Assembly (NCBI GenBank): GCA_037445735.1
Contig: JBBIJY010000008.1
Span: 1 to 64,000 of the forward strand
DNA length: 64,000 nucleotides
Source of the DNA: Armatimonadota bacterium
GTDB taxonomy: Bacteria; Armatimonadota; Fimbriimonadia; Fimbriimonadales; GBS-DC
Direction: 5' to 3'
Under the pieces are notes generated by a model. The model did no database searches, was not told where the DNA came from, and saw only the letters and a program-made list of their open reading frames with translations. How positions within the stretch are numbered: position 1 is the stretch's first letter; each line of letters begins with the position of its first letter. The position numbers were made by a program, and so were the translations under genes. Of the stretch, positions 1-10,821 are shown piece by piece.

Positions 1-51
1 GAGGGTGGTCGGACGGTGGGTGCTGGGGTGGTGACGGACATCCTGGACTAA
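1..51 (+). CDS. tuf: Elongation factor Tu, C-terminal fragment (runs off window start)
   Basis: Frame 1 reads EGGRTVGAGVVTDILD*, the conserved EF-Tu C-terminus, directly upstream of rpsJ. Confidence 0.93.
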   Translation, partial: EGGRTVGAGVVTDILD

Positions 52-81
52 GCCCCCGTACGGCAACCCTCAAGGAGGCGG

Positions 82-396
82 ATGTTTATGCGACGCGACA
101 AGATACGGATACGGCTGAGGGCATACGATCATCGGGTGCTGGATGAATCGGTGCGGCGGATAGTGGAGCAGGTGCGTAGCACGGGCGCGCAGGTGCGCGG
201 TCCCGTGCCCCTGCCCACCGACATCCGCCGATTCTGCGTGATTCGCGGTCCGCACATCGATAAAATTGGCATGGAACACTTCGAAATCCGCACCCATAAG
301 CGATTGATCGATATCCTTGAGCCGAACAACCGTACCATCGACGCGCTGAGCCGACTGGATTTGCCCAGCGGCGTGGATATCGAAATCAAGCTCTGA
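82..396 (+). CDS. rpsJ: 30S ribosomal protein S10 (true start probably ATG at 88)
   Basis: [34 protein letters not shown] motifs; AGGAGG at 73-78. Confidence 0.98.
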   Translation: MFMRRDKIRIRLRAYDHRVLDESVRRIVEQVRSTGAQVRGPVPLPTDIRRFCVIRGPHIDKIGMEHFEIRTHKRLIDILEPNNRTIDALSRLDLPSGVDIEIKL

Positions 397-408
397 TCGG
401 AGGGCGTT

Positions 409-1278
409 ATGAACGAGGAGAAGCCGACTCAGGACGAGGTTAACGCGGCGGAGCAGCCCGGATCGGCGGAAGGCACGTCGGCATCGGCGGAGCCAGCGGG
501 CGAGCCCGCTCAGGCGGAAGCAGGCGAACCGACAGCCGCCACCGAGCAGGTGGAAGCGCCGGAGCCATCGGAACAGCCTGCAGCACAGGTGGCGTCCGAA
601 CCTGCTGCCCCGCCGAAGCCGTCCCTGCCGCCGCCGCCCGTGTTGAGCGGGCTGATCGGACGCAAACGCGGCATGACCCACATCTTCGACGCCGAAGGGC
701 GCATGATCCCCGTCACGGTGCTGGAGGTGGGTCCGTGCTTTGTGGTGCAGGTGCGCACGCCTGAAAAGGATGGCTACTTTGCTGCCCAGATCGGCTTCGA
801 GCGCATTCCGCGCCGCAAGCTGAACAAACCGCTCGCGGGCATCTTCAGGAAGGCGGGGCTGGATCAGCCCCTGCGCTACCTGAAGGAGTTCCGCGTCCTG
901 TCGGGTCAGGCGGTGCCGGGACAGGAGATCCGACCTGGCGATGTGTTCGCTGAGGGCGAAACCGTGCGCGTGACGGGCATCTCCAAAGGCAAGGGCTTCG
1001 CGGGCGTGGTCAAACGCTACGGGTTCGCCGGCGGTCCGATGACGCACGGCTCCATGACCCACCGTCGACCGCTCTCCAGCGGCGCCACTGGACCCCAGCG
1101 CGTGTTCAAAAACAAGCCGATGCCAGGGCGGATGGGCGGCGAGCGCGTCACGGTGCGCGGGCTGACCGTCGTGCGAATCGACACGGAGCGCAACCTGATG
1201 CTTATTAGGGGCGCGGTGCCCGGCGGCAACGGCTCCATCGTCTATGTGCAGAAACAGCTCTCCAGTAAACAACAGTGA
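409..1278 (+). CDS. rplC: 50S ribosomal protein L3 with long N-terminal Ala/Glu/Pro-rich extension
   Basis: GLIGRKRGMTHIF, GKGFAGVVKRYGF, MPGRMG, GAVPG motifs; operon order. Confidence 0.97.
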   Translation: MNEEKPTQDEVNAAEQPGSAEGTSASAEPAGEPAQAEAGEPTAATEQVEAPEPSEQPAAQVASEPAAPPKPSLPPPPVLSGLIGRKRGMTHIFDAEGRMIPVTVLEVGPCFVVQVRTPEKDGYFAAQIGFERIPRRKLNKPLAGIFRKAGLDQPLRYLKEFRVLSGQAVPGQEIRPGDVFAEGETVRVTGISKGKGFAGVVKRYGFAGGPMTHGSMTHRRPLSSGATGPQRVFKNKPMPGRMGGERVTVRGLTVVRIDTERNLMLIRGAVPGGNGSIVYVQKQLSSKQQ

Positions 1279-1289
1279 GGTGAACAGGG

Positions 1290-1919
1290 ATGGCGAAGGC
1301 AACGGTTTATAACGCGCAGGGTGAACCCGTGGGGGAGATGGAGCTGAATCCCGCCCTGTTTGAGCGGGCGGCGAAGCGGGCGGTGCTGCACCGCGTGGTG
1401 GTGGCGGAGTTAGCCCACCAGCGGCAGGGCACTCACAGCACGCTCACACGCGGCGAGGTGCGCGGCGGCGGACGCAAGCCGTGGCCCCAAAAGCATACGG
1501 GACGCGCCCGACAGGGTTCCATTCGCGCACCCCAGTGGCGACACGGTGGCGTGGTGCATGGACCCAAACCGCGCGACTATAACCCCGCCGTGAACAAGAA
1601 AGAGCGGCGGCAGGCGTTCGCCGCCGCACTCACCGATAAAGCCCAATCGGGTGCCCTGCGCATCGTCGACGAACTGAACTTCCCCGAAATCAAAACCCGA
1701 CTCGCCGTGCAGTTCCTGAATCAGCTGGGAGTCGCGGACGGGCGCGTGCTGATCCTGCTGGATCAGCCCAACGAGGTGGTGTTCAAATCGTTCCGCAACC
1801 TGCCGAATGTGCTGGTGCGAATCGCGCCTGCTTTCGCATTACACGAACTCATTCCCGCCCGCCATGTGATTGCCACCCGGGCCGCCATCCAGAAGCTGGA
1901 GGAGGTGTGGGCGCGATGA
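1290..1919 (+). CDS. rplD: 50S ribosomal protein L4
   Basis: [39 protein letters not shown]. Confidence 0.98.
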   Translation: MAKATVYNAQGEPVGEMELNPALFERAAKRAVLHRVVVAELAHQRQGTHSTLTRGEVRGGGRKPWPQKHTGRARQGSIRAPQWRHGGVVHGPKPRDYNPAVNKKERRQAFAAALTDKAQSGALRIVDELNFPEIKTRLAVQFLNQLGVADGRVLILLDQPNEVVFKSFRNLPNVLVRIAPAFALHELIPARHVIATRAAIQKLEEVWAR

Positions 1920-2206
1920 AACATCCCACCGAAGTGATTATTCGACCGCTGCTGACCGAGAAGGGCACCCGCCTGCGCACCACGCAGAACCAGTACCTGT
2001 TCGAGGTCGCGGGCGACGCCACCAAGATCGACATCGCCACCGCCATCAGGGCACTCTATGGCGTGGAGGTGCTGAAGGTGCGCACCATGTGGGTTCGACC
2101 GAAGCCGCGCCGACTCGGACTGCGTCGACCCGGCTACACCCGGCGCTGGAAAAAAGCCATCGTCACGGTCAAACCCGGACAGGTGATTGAAGACTTCATC
2201 GTCTAA
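1916..2206 (+). CDS. rplW: 50S ribosomal protein L23
   Basis: IIRPLLTEK, ATKIDI, WKKAIVT; ATG at 1916 overlaps the rplD stop (ATGA). Confidence 0.96.
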   Translation: MKHPTEVIIRPLLTEKGTRLRTTQNQYLFEVAGDATKIDIATAIRALYGVEVLKVRTMWVRPKPRRLGLRRPGYTRRWKKAIVTVKPGQVIEDFIV

Positions 2207-2221
2207 ACGAGGTGATTATCG

Positions 2222-3046
2222 ATGCCCGTTAAAAAATGGAAACCGACATCGCCTGGCAGACGCTTTATGGTGACCTCCACCTATGAGGAGATCACCAAGA
2301 CGGAGCCGGAGAAGCGCCTGACCGTCGGCTTGCGCAAGACGGGCGGGCGCAACAATCAGGGGCGCGTGACGGCACGCCATCGCGGCGGGGGCAACAAGCG
2401 ACTCTACCGCATCATCGACTTCAAGCGCAACAAGGATGGTATCCCCGCCCGCGTGGTGGCGATTGAGTACGACCCGAACCGCTCCGCCCGCATCGCCCTG
2501 CTGGAGTACGAGGACGGCGAAAAACGCTATATCCTTGCCCCGGTCGGGCTGAGCGTCGGCGCGACGGTGATGAGCGGACCCGACGCCGACATCCAGCCGG
2601 GCAACGCGCTGCCCCTGCGCAACATCCCTGTCGGCACGCTGGTGCATAACATCGAGCTCTATCCGGGACGGGGCGGTCAGCTGGTGCGCAGTGCGGGCGC
2701 CGCCGCACAAATTCTGGCGAAAGAGGGCAACTACGCCACTTTGCGCATGCCCTCCGGCGAGATGCGCCTCATCCACCTCGACTGCCGTGCCACCATCGGG
2801 CAGGTCGGCAATCTGGATCACGAGAACGAGGTGTGGGGCAAGGCAGGCAAATCGCGCTGGATGGGGCGCCGACCCCATGTGCGCGGCTCCGCCATGACCC
2901 CGCGCGACCACCCGCACGGCGGCGGCGAGGGCAAAGCGCCTATCGGACTACCCCATCCCAAAACCCCATGGGGCAAGCCCGCGCTCGGCGTCAAAACCCG
3001 CCGCAATAAACGCACCAGCCGATTCATTCTCAAACGCCGAAAGTAA
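2222..3046 (+). CDS. rplB: 50S ribosomal protein L2
   Basis: [37 protein letters not shown]. Confidence 0.99.
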   Translation: MPVKKWKPTSPGRRFMVTSTYEEITKTEPEKRLTVGLRKTGGRNNQGRVTARHRGGGNKRLYRIIDFKRNKDGIPARVVAIEYDPNRSARIALLEYEDGEKRYILAPVGLSVGATVMSGPDADIQPGNALPLRNIPVGTLVHNIELYPGRGGQLVRSAGAAAQILAKEGNYATLRMPSGEMRLIHLDCRATIGQVGNLDHENEVWGKAGKSRWMGRRPHVRGSAMTPRDHPHGGGEGKAPIGLPHPKTPWGKPALGVKTRRNKRTSRFILKRRK

Positions 3047-3058
3047 ACGGAGGTATCT

Positions 3059-3346
3059 ATGGGACGCTCGCTGAAAAAAGGACCCTATGTGGACCCGAAA
3101 CTGCTCAAAAAGGTGCGGGCGATGGCTGCCCAAGCGCAGAAACGCCCCATCAAGACCTGGTCGCGTCGCTCGACCATCGTGCCCGAAATGATCGGGCTAA
3201 CGATTGCTGTGCATGATGGGCGCAAACATGTGCCTATCTACATCACCGAGCAGATGGTCGGGCACAAACTGGGCGAGTTCGTGCCCACGCGCACCTTCCG
3301 CGGGCACGCCGGCTCCAGCGAGCGCACCTCGAAGGTGAGGAGGTAA
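3059..3346 (+). CDS. rpsS: 30S ribosomal protein S19
   Basis: [29 protein letters not shown]. Confidence 0.99.
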   Translation: MGRSLKKGPYVDPKLLKKVRAMAAQAQKRPIKTWSRRSTIVPEMIGLTIAVHDGRKHVPIYITEQMVGHKLGEFVPTRTFRGHAGSSERTSKVRR

Positions 3347-3350
3347 AGCC

Positions 3351-3746
3351 ATGCGAGCCAGAGCCAGCTATGTGCGCATTCCGCCCCGAAAAGCCCGACT
3401 GGTGATCGACCTTGTGCGGGGCAAGCCGGTGCAGGAGGCGCTGGTGATTCTGAACCAGCTGCCGAACAAGGCGGCGCGCCTCACCCGCAAGGTGCTGCAG
3501 TCGGCCATCGCGAACGCGGTGCATAACGAGGGCTATGACCCGCGCGAGCTGTTCATCGCGCGCGCCTATGTGGACGAGGGCCCGCGCTGGAAACGCATTC
3601 TGCCCAAAGATCGCGGACGCGCCTTCCGAATCCTCAAGCGCACCAGCCATATCACCATCGAGCTGGGCGCGCTCATGGCGCAGCCACGACGCACCGCACG
3701 ACGGCAAGCTGCCCCTTCACCCACAAGCAGGGAGGAACAAGCATAA
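3351..3746 (+). CDS. rplV: 50S ribosomal protein L22
   Basis: PRKARLVIDLVRGK, SAIANAVHN, KRTSHITI. Confidence 0.98.
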   Translation: MRARASYVRIPPRKARLVIDLVRGKPVQEALVILNQLPNKAARLTRKVLQSAIANAVHNEGYDPRELFIARAYVDEGPRWKRILPKDRGRAFRILKRTSHITIELGALMAQPRRTARRQAAPSPTSREEQA

Positions 3747-4670
3747 ATGGGTCAGAAAATTCATCCGATTGGGTTCCGTGTGGGTATCACGCGCGACTGG
3801 GAGAGCCGCTGGTACGCGCCCAAGTCGCAGTACCGCCATCTGGTCTATGAGGACTATCTCATTCGCAAGACGATCAAAAAGGGCTGGTACGGCGCCGGCA
3901 TCTCCCGAATCGATATCGAGCGCGCCGCGAACATTGTGCGGGTGATTATCTACGCGGCGCGACCGGGTCAGATTATCGGGCGTGGTGGGCACGGCATCGA
4001 GGAGTTGACCCGCGCCGTGCATAAAGCGCTGGCGCCCGGCAAGCCCGAGATTCGAATCGATGTGGAAGATGTGCGCAATCCCGACACCGATGCGCAGCTG
4101 GTGGCGGAGAACATCGCGCAGCAGCTGGAGCGGCGCGTGTCCCACCGCCGCGCGATGCGCCAGGCGCTGGCACGCGCCGAGCGCGCCAATGTGCGCGGCA
4201 TCAAGATTATGGTGGCGGGGCGACTGGGCGGCGCGGAAATCGCCCGCACTGAATGGGAGCGCGTCGGGCGTGTACCGCTGCAGACCCTCCGTGCCGATAT
4301 CGACTACGGCTTCGCCGTCGCCTACACCATCTACGGCACCATCGGCGTCAAAGTATGGATTTACAAGGGCGATATCCCCGTTACCGAGCGGCGCATCCTG
4401 ATGTCGACCGTGACCACACCCGAATCGGCGTTCGAGCCGCCCTCGCGCGCGGCACGCCCTGCACCGTCCGACCGCCCCGCAGGACCGCGCCGCCGACGCG
4501 GTGGCGGGCGCCGACGCGGGCGTGGCGGCGGTGGCGGTGGGGGCGCACAGGCACAGTCGCGCGGCAACGCCCAGGGGCGCAACGCCTCGCGCAACCGTGG
4601 CGCCCGCGGCAGAGGCACACCACCACCCGACAGCAGCACGACCCCTGAAAACGGCACGAGCCAGGAATGA
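3747..4670 (+). CDS. rpsC: 30S ribosomal protein S3 with long Gly/Arg-rich C-terminal tail
   Basis: [46 protein letters not shown]. Confidence 0.98.
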   Translation: MGQKIHPIGFRVGITRDWESRWYAPKSQYRHLVYEDYLIRKTIKKGWYGAGISRIDIERAANIVRVIIYAARPGQIIGRGGHGIEELTRAVHKALAPGKPEIRIDVEDVRNPDTDAQLVAENIAQQLERRVSHRRAMRQALARAERANVRGIKIMVAGRLGGAEIARTEWERVGRVPLQTLRADIDYGFAVAYTIYGTIGVKVWIYKGDIPVTERRILMSTVTTPESAFEPPSRAARPAPSDRPAGPRRRRGGGRRRGRGGGGGGGAQAQSRGNAQGRNASRNRGARGRGTPPPDSSTTPENGTSQE

Positions 4671-4687
4671 AAACGAGGTGAACCGCT

Positions 4688-5137
4688 ATGCTGATGCCGA
4701 AAAAGACCAGGTATAGAAAACAGCAGCGTGGGCGACGCAAGGGCATCTCCAAAGGTGCCCGTGAACTGCACTTTGGCGACTACGGGCTGGTTGCGATGGA
4801 ACCCTGCTGGCTGACCAATCGCCAGATGGAAGCCGCGCGCGTCGCCATCGTGCGCTACCTCCGACGCGGGGGCAAAATCTGGTTCCGTGTCTTCCCCGAT
4901 AAGCCCTACACCAAGCGCGCCGCCGAGACCCGCATGGGCGGCGGCAAGGGCAGCGTGGAAGGCTGGGTCGCCGTCGTCAAACGCGGACGCATCATTCTGG
5001 AGCTGGGCGGCGTGGACGAAGAGCGCGCCCGCGAAGCGCTCCGACGCGCCAGCCATAAACTGCCCATCAAAACCCGAATCGTCACCCGCGCCGACTTCCA
5101 GCTCGGTGCGGTTGCCACGGGAGGTGAAACCGAATGA
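4688..5137 (+). CDS. rplP: 50S ribosomal protein L16
   Basis: [32 protein letters not shown]. Confidence 0.98.
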   Translation: MLMPKKTRYRKQQRGRRKGISKGARELHFGDYGLVAMEPCWLTNRQMEAARVAIVRYLRRGGKIWFRVFPDKPYTKRAAETRMGGGKGSVEGWVAVVKRGRIILELGGVDEERAREALRRASHKLPIKTRIVTRADFQLGAVATGGETE

Positions 5138-5346
5138 AACCGCTCAAACCCGACCAGCTGCGACGCATGACCACACAGGAGCTGGAACAGGAGTTAGAGA
5201 AGCTGCGCAACGAGCTGTATCGCCTGCGCGTGCAACAGGCGGTGCGCCAGCTCAAAGACACAGCCGCCATGCGCATCACGCGGCGCAACATCGCGCGCAT
5301 CCAGACCATTCTCAACGAGCGACGCCGATCAACACCCGCAGGATAA
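5134..5346 (+). CDS. rpmC: 50S ribosomal protein L29
   Basis: [13 protein letters not shown]...[11 protein letters not shown]; position after rplP. Confidence 0.96.
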   Translation: MKPLKPDQLRRMTTQELEQELEKLRNELYRLRVQQAVRQLKDTAAMRITRRNIARIQTILNERRRSTPAG

Positions 5347-5358
5347 GGAGGCTTACGA

Positions 5359-5673
5359 ATGGACGAAGCGATTCAGGCAGCAACAGCGTTGGAGCAGAGC
5401 GCAGCAGCGACCACCCGACCCTATCGCGGTAAGCGCAAGGTGCGCGTCGGGCGAGTCGTCAGCGACAAGATGGACAAAACGGTGGTGGTCGCCGTCGTGC
5501 GCAGCTTCCGCCACCCGCTCTACGGCAAGACGATTCGGCGCACCAAAAAGTATATGGCGCACGACGAGCGCAACGAGTGTCGCGTGGGCGACCTGGTGGA
5601 GATTGTGGAGACTCGCCCGCTCAGCCGCCACAAACGCTGGCGCGTGCGGGCGATACTGGAGCGACCCGAATAA
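5359..5673 (+). CDS. rpsQ: 30S ribosomal protein S17
   Basis: [31 protein letters not shown]. Confidence 0.98.
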   Translation: MDEAIQAATALEQSAAATTRPYRGKRKVRVGRVVSDKMDKTVVVAVVRSFRHPLYGKTIRRTKKYMAHDERNECRVGDLVEIVETRPLSRHKRWRVRAILERPE

Positions 5674-5693
5674 GCGGCAGGAGGTGAAACACG

Positions 5694-6062
5694 ATGATTC
5701 AACAGTTTACACGGCTGAAGGTGGCGGACAACTCGGGCGCACGCGAGGTGATGTGCATCCGCGTGCTGAAAGGCTCTAACGCGCGCTACGCGCGGGTCGG
5801 CGATGTGATTGTCGCCTCGGTCAAAGACGCCGCGCCCAACATGCCCATCAAGAAGGGCGATGTGGTGCGGGCGGTGGTCGTGCGCACCCGCCGTGCCATC
5901 CGCCGACCCGATGGCACCACCCTGCGCTTCGACGATAACGCCTGCGTGATTATTAACAATCAGGGCGAGCCGCGCGGCACCCGAATCTTCGGACCCGTCG
6001 CCCGCGAACTGCGCGACCGCAACTTCATGCGCATCGTCTCGCTCGCGCCCGAAGTGCTATAG
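5694..6062 (+). CDS. rplN: 50S ribosomal protein L14
   Basis: [28 protein letters not shown]. Confidence 0.99.
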   Translation: MIQQFTRLKVADNSGAREVMCIRVLKGSNARYARVGDVIVASVKDAAPNMPIKKGDVVRAVVVRTRRAIRRPDGTTLRFDDNACVIINNQGEPRGTRIFGPVARELRDRNFMRIVSLAPEVL

Positions 6063-6074
6063 GAGGCGATCCGT

Positions 6075-6425
6075 ATGGTACGCAAGTTAGAGAAACCTAT
6101 CCGCATGAAAATCAAGACGGGCGATACCGTGTATGTGCTGTCGGGTAAAGATAAGGGGCGGCGCGGGCGTGTCATCCGCGTGATGCCCCGTGAGAACCGC
6201 CTTATTGTCGACGGCATCAATCTGGTGACCAGGCACCAGAAACCGCGCACTGCCACGCAGAAAGGCTCGCGCATCCAGAAGCCCGCGCCCATCTTCGCCA
6301 GCAAGGTGATGCTGGTCTGCCCCCACTGCGACCAGCCCACCCGCGTCCGGCGCGTCCGCGGCGAAAATAACCGCTGGTTCCGTGTGTGCAAACGCTGCAA
6401 CGAAATGATCGACGCCACAAAGTAA
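6075..6425 (+). CDS. rplX: 50S ribosomal protein L24
   Basis: IKTGDTVYVLSGKDKG KOW motif; CPHC/CKRC pairs. Confidence 0.97.
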   Translation: MVRKLEKPIRMKIKTGDTVYVLSGKDKGRRGRVIRVMPRENRLIVDGINLVTRHQKPRTATQKGSRIQKPAPIFASKVMLVCPHCDQPTRVRRVRGENNRWFRVCKRCNEMIDATK

Positions 6426-6440
6426 ACGGAGGCGATTCGT

Positions 6441-7094
6441 ATGGCAAAACAGCAGACCAAATCCGCCGCCAGTCCGAAACCGCAGGAGAAGAAGGCAGGT
6501 AAGCAGGAGAAGGGCGAACTGTTCGAAACCGCTGAAGTCGCGCTCCAGTTCGTGCCCAACCTGCGCCGCCACTATGAAGAGGTGGTCAAGCCCGAACTGC
6601 AGCGCCAGTTCGGCTACAAAAACCCGATGCAGATCCCGCGCCTCGAAAAGATTGTGATTAATATGGGCGTCGGCAAGGGCGAGCAGGAACCCCGGCAGCT
6701 GGAGAACGCCATGCGCGACCTCGCGCTCATCAGCGGGCAGAAACCCGTCGCCACCCTCGCCAAACGCGCCATCTCCAACTTCCGCATCCGCAAAGGGCAC
6801 CGCATCGGCTGCAAAGTTACCCTGCGCGGCAACCGCATGTATGTGTTCCTGGAGAAACTTATCAATATCGTGCTGCCGCGTATCCGCGACTTCCACGGGC
6901 TTTCGCCCCACTCGTTCGATGGGCGCGGCAACTACTCGCTGGGACTGCGCGAGCAGATTCTCTTCCCCGAAATCGTCTATGACCAGGTGGATCGCATTCG
7001 CGGCATGGACATCACCCTTTGCACCACTGCCGAAACGGACGAGGAAGCGCTCGCCCTGCTGAAGGCGCTGGGACTGCCGTTCCGCTCCAGTTAA
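6441..7094 (+). CDS. rplE: 50S ribosomal protein L5 with N-terminal extension
   Basis: [38 protein letters not shown]. Confidence 0.98.
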   Translation: MAKQQTKSAASPKPQEKKAGKQEKGELFETAEVALQFVPNLRRHYEEVVKPELQRQFGYKNPMQIPRLEKIVINMGVGKGEQEPRQLENAMRDLALISGQKPVATLAKRAISNFRIRKGHRIGCKVTLRGNRMYVFLEKLINIVLPRIRDFHGLSPHSFDGRGNYSLGLREQILFPEIVYDQVDRIRGMDITLCTTAETDEEALALLKALGLPFRSS

Positions 7095-7113
7095 TGAGCA
7101 GGAGGAGGCACCG

Positions 7114-9207
7114 ATGAAACCGTATCCAGCAGAGCGTATTCGGAATGTGGCACTGGCGGGGCACGGCGGGAGTGGCAAGACCACGCTCGCCGAGCATCTG
7201 CTCTATATCGCCGGGCACATCGACCGCATCGGCTCCATCGAAAGCGGCAACACCACCTCCGACTTCGATCCCGAAGAGATTCGGCGTAAAATCAGCCTTA
7301 GCACCTCCCTGATCCCTGTTGAGTGGAACGACTACAAACTCAACCTGCTCGATGTGCCGGGCTTTCCCGATTTTATTGGCGAACTCTACTCCGCCCTGCG
7401 CGTGGTCGACGCGGTGCTGCTGGTCAGTCCCGCTCAGGCGGAGATCGAGGTCGGCTTCGAAAACGCATGGGAGCTGTGCGAAAGGTATCGGCTGCCGCGC
7501 CTGATCTTTGTGAACAAGATGGAGCGCGATAATGCTGACCACAGCAGCCTGATTCAGAACCTGCGGGCGACCTATGGCAACCGTGTCGTGCCCGTGCAGG
7601 TGCCCATCGGCACGCAAACGGGCTTTCGCGGCGTGGTCGATGTGCTGCACAACAAAGCCTATCTGGGCACGGATCGCGACACGACCGCCAGCGCGGTGCC
7701 CGCGGATTTGCAGGCAGAGGTTCAGCAGGTGCGGGAGATGCTGATGGAGGCGGCGGCTGAGACCGATGACGCCCTGCTGGAGAAATATCTGGAGGGCGAG
7801 CCGCTCACCGATGAGGAGCTGGTGCGCGGTTTTCATGCGGGCGTGCGGGCGGGCACGATTGTGCCCGTGCTGTACGGCTCGGCGCAGGCAGGCATCGGGC
7901 TAACCCCGCTCTTGCAGGCGCTCATCGAACTGGCGCCCAGCCCTGTGGAGGCGCCCGCGCCCACCGCGACCGACCCGCGCACCGAGCAGTCCGTCCCGGT
8001 CGCATGTGATGCGAGCGCGCCCCTGTGCGCCTTCGTGTTCAAAACAACCGCCGATCCTTATGTGGGCAAACTGACCTACTTCCGCGTCTATGCCGGGGTC
8101 ATTCGCGCCGACTCGCAGGTCTATAACGCCAATCGGGAGCGCGACGAACGCATCGGGCAACTCTTCTATGTGCGTGGCAAGAACCAGGAAGCCACCTCCG
8201 AGATTCGGGCGGGCGATATGGGCGTGGTCGCCAAACTGCAGGAGACCGCCACGGGGCACACGCTGTGCGATCGCAGCCGCCCGCTTATCCTGCCACCCAT
8301 AGAGTTCCCCGATCCCATCTACACCGTCGCGATTGTGCCCAAAACGAAAGCGGATGAAGACCGCATGGGACCCGCGCTGGCACGCTTGCAGGAGGAAGAC
8401 CCCACCCTGCGTGCACGGCGCGACCCTGAAACGGGGCAAACCCTGCTGATGGGCATGGGCGACCTGCATATCGAGAGCGTTATCGAAAAGCTCAAGCGCA
8501 AGTTCGGCGCGGAAGTCGGCACCGAAGAGCTGCGAATCCCCTATCGGGAGACCATCAGCCGCCCGGTGCAGCGCGTCGAGGGCAAGTTCAAGCGTCAAAC
8601 TGGCGGGCGCGGGCAGTACGGGCACTGCTTCGTCAACATGGAGCCACTGCCACGCGGCACTGGTATCGAGTTCACCGAGACCATCGTCGGCGGCGCCATC
8701 CCCAAAAACTATATCCCCGCGATTGAGAAGGGCGTGCGCGAAGCCGCCGAGAAGGGCGTGATCGCGGGCTACCCTGTCACCGACTTCCGCGTGGTGGTCG
8801 TCGACGGCTCCTATCACGAGGTCGACTCGTCCGATCAGGCGTTCCGCATCGCGGGCAGCCTCGCGTTCCAGAGCGCGGCGGCGCAGGCGAACCCCATCAT
8901 TCTGGAGCCGATACTGGAGGTGGAGGTGGATGTGCCCGACGCCTACACGGGCGATGTGATGGGCGATTTGAACGGGCGACGCGGGCGCATTCAGGGCATC
9001 GAGAGCCTCGGCACAGGACGCCAGCTCATCCGCGCGCTCGTGCCGATGAGCGAAATGACCCGCTACGCGCTCGAGCTGCGCTCCATCACGCGCGGGCGCG
9101 GACGGTTCCGAACCCGATTCTCCCACTATGAGGAGGTACCGTTCAATATCGCGCAGGCGCTCATCGAAAAGTACCAGAAAGAGAAGGCCGCCGCTGCCGA
9201 ACACTGA
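7114..9207 (+). CDS. Elongation factor G paralog (EF-G II / FusA2-type translational GTPase)
   Basis: 697 aa EF-G architecture: IRNVALAGHGGSGKTT, DVPG, NKME, EEDPTL, GMGDLH, KRQTGGRGQYG, GGAIPKNYIP, DGSYHEVDSS, ELRSITRGRG. G1/G2 differ from canonical AHIDAGKTT/RGIT. Confidence 0.93.
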   Translation: MKPYPAERIRNVALAGHGGSGKTTLAEHLLYIAGHIDRIGSIESGNTTSDFDPEEIRRKISLSTSLIPVEWNDYKLNLLDVPGFPDFIGELYSALRVVDAVLLVSPAQAEIEVGFENAWELCERYRLPRLIFVNKMERDNADHSSLIQNLRATYGNRVVPVQVPIGTQTGFRGVVDVLHNKAYLGTDRDTTASAVPADLQAEVQQVREMLMEAAAETDDALLEKYLEGEPLTDEELVRGFHAGVRAGTIVPVLYGSAQAGIGLTPLLQALIELAPSPVEAPAPTATDPRTEQSVPVACDASAPLCAFVFKTTADPYVGKLTYFRVYAGVIRADSQVYNANRERDERIGQLFYVRGKNQEATSEIRAGDMGVVAKLQETATGHTLCDRSRPLILPPIEFPDPIYTVAIVPKTKADEDRMGPALARLQEEDPTLRARRDPETGQTLLMGMGDLHIESVIEKLKRKFGAEVGTEELRIPYRETISRPVQRVEGKFKRQTGGRGQYGHCFVNMEPLPRGTGIEFTETIVGGAIPKNYIPAIEKGVREAAEKGVIAGYPVTDFRVVVVDGSYHEVDSSDQAFRIAGSLAFQSAAAQANPIILEPILEVEVDVPDAYTGDVMGDLNGRRGRIQGIESLGTGRQLIRALVPMSEMTRYALELRSITRGRGRFRTRFSHYEEVPFNIAQALIEKYQKEKAAAAEH

Positions 9208-9214
9208 CCGCTCA

Positions 9215-9222
9215 GGTATAAT
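9215..9222 (+). promoter_or_regulatory. Putative internal promoter -10 element (GGTATAAT) for rpsN and downstream spc genes
   Basis: TATAAT at 9217-9222 in the 41-bp gap between the EF-G paralog stop and rpsN; the GG-TATAAT form recurs before many genes in the window. Confidence 0.6.
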
Positions 9223-9248
9223 ACACCCTTGCACGAGGTGAACGACGC

Positions 9249-9434
9249 ATGCCAAAAACAGCATGGATAGTCAAAGCGAAACGGAAACCGAAGTTCAAGG
9301 TGCGCAAGGTGAACCGTTGCAACATTTGCGGGCGACGGCACGGCTACTTCCGCTACTTCGGGCTGTGCCGTATCTGCCTGCGCGAGCAGGCGCACCGGGG
9401 CGTGCTGCCCGGCGTGCGCAAAGCCAGCTGGTAA
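9249..9434 (+). CDS. rpsN: 30S ribosomal protein S14, short zinc-binding type (type Z)
   Basis: 61 aa, RCNICGR...GLCRICLRE...LPGVRKASW. Confidence 0.97.
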   Translation: MPKTAWIVKAKRKPKFKVRKVNRCNICGRRHGYFRYFGLCRICLREQAHRGVLPGVRKASW

Positions 9435-9451
9435 GGAGGTAGAAACCGCCG

Positions 9452-9847
9452 ATGATGACCGACCCGATTGCCGATATGCTGACCCGAATACGGAACGCTT
9501 CGCGGGCGGGCAAGCCCGAAGTGAACCTGCCCAGCTCGAAACTGAAGGAGCAAATCGCTGCCCTGCTCAAGCAGGAGGGCTTCATTCAGGATTACAGGGT
9601 GCAGCGCACAGGCGTCCACGCCACACTCACCCTCACGCTCAAATATACGCCCGAGGGCGAGCCGGTCATCCACCACATCGAGCGGGTGAGCAAGCCTGGA
9701 CGCCGGGTGTACGCCTCGGTGGACGACCTGCGCCCCATCCAGCGCGGGCTGGGCACCGCAATCGTGTCCACATCCAGAGGCTTGCTGCCTGACCGCGAAT
9801 GCCGTAAACAACGCATCGGCGGCGAAGTCGTCTGCATCGTCTGGTAA
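9452..9847 (+). CDS. rpsH: 30S ribosomal protein S8
   Basis: TDPIADMLTRIRNA, SKPGRRVY, GGEVVCIVW. Confidence 0.98.
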   Translation: MMTDPIADMLTRIRNASRAGKPEVNLPSSKLKEQIAALLKQEGFIQDYRVQRTGVHATLTLTLKYTPEGEPVIHHIERVSKPGRRVYASVDDLRPIQRGLGTAIVSTSRGLLPDRECRKQRIGGEVVCIVW

Positions 9848-9859
9848 GGAGGTGAAACT

Positions 9860-10429
9860 ATGTCGAGAGTGGGCAAGCAACCGATCCCGATCCCGCAGGG
9901 CGTGCAGGTGCGAATCGAGGGCAACCGGATCACCGTCCAAGGTCCCAAAGGCGAGCTGAGCCACCAGCTGCCCGATGTGGTGCGCGTGGTGCAGGACGAT
10001 GGTCAACTGCGCGTCGAACGGGTGAGCGACGACCGATTCGCCCGCTCCCAGCATGGGCTGCAGCGCACGCTGATTGCCAATATGGTCAAAGGCGTCTCGG
10101 ACGGCTTCGAGAAGACGCTGGTGCTGGTGGGCGTCGGCTACCGCGCCCAGCTGGAGGGCAACACGCTCGTGCTGCAGGTCGGCTATTCGCACCCTGTGCG
10201 CATTCAGCCCTATGCGGGCATCAGCTTCGCCGTCGAGCAGGATCAGCAGACGCGCAGCCTGTTGATCCGGGTGCGCGGCATCGATAAGCAGGTCGTGGGT
10301 CAGCAGGCAGCGGACATTCGCGCCGTGCGCCCGCCCGACTCCTACAAGGGCAAGGGATTGCGCTATCTCGACGAACAGCCGCGTCTCAAGCCTGGCAAAC
10401 AGCAGGCGGGCAAAGGCGGCAAGAAGTAA
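9860..10429 (+). CDS. rplF: 50S ribosomal protein L6
   Basis: MSRVGKQPI, GPKGEL, GVGYRA, RPPDSYKGKG. Confidence 0.98.
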   Translation: MSRVGKQPIPIPQGVQVRIEGNRITVQGPKGELSHQLPDVVRVVQDDGQLRVERVSDDRFARSQHGLQRTLIANMVKGVSDGFEKTLVLVGVGYRAQLEGNTLVLQVGYSHPVRIQPYAGISFAVEQDQQTRSLLIRVRGIDKQVVGQQAADIRAVRPPDSYKGKGLRYLDEQPRLKPGKQQAGKGGKK

Positions 10430-10444
10430 GGAGGCGAACGCACG

Positions 10445-10807
10445 ATGAAACGCACTCCACAGGAAAAACGCATGATTCGGCATCGGCGCATTCGGCGGGT
10501 CATCTTCGGCACGCCCGACCGACCGCGCCTGTGCGTCTACAAGAGCCTGAAACATATGTATGCGCAAATTATTGACGATACGCGCGGGCACACGCTGGTC
10601 GCCGCCTCCACATTAGACCCCGCCCTGCGCGAGCAGCTGACCAGCACGGGCAACAAGGAGGCGGCAGCCGCTGTCGGACGACTGATTGCCCAGCGAGCGC
10701 TCGAAAAGGGCATTACCCAGGTGGTGTTCGACAGGGGTGGCTTCCGCTATCACGGACGGGTCGCCGCCTTAGCCGACGCCGCCCGCGAAGCGGGTCTCAA
10801 ATTCTGA
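10445..10807 (+). CDS. rplR: 50S ribosomal protein L18
   Basis: [37 protein letters not shown]. Confidence 0.98.
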   Translation: MKRTPQEKRMIRHRRIRRVIFGTPDRPRLCVYKSLKHMYAQIIDDTRGHTLVAASTLDPALREQLTSTGNKEAAAAVGRLIAQRALEKGITQVVFDRGGFRYHGRVAALADAAREAGLKF

Positions 10808-10821
10808 ACGGAGGCAACTTT

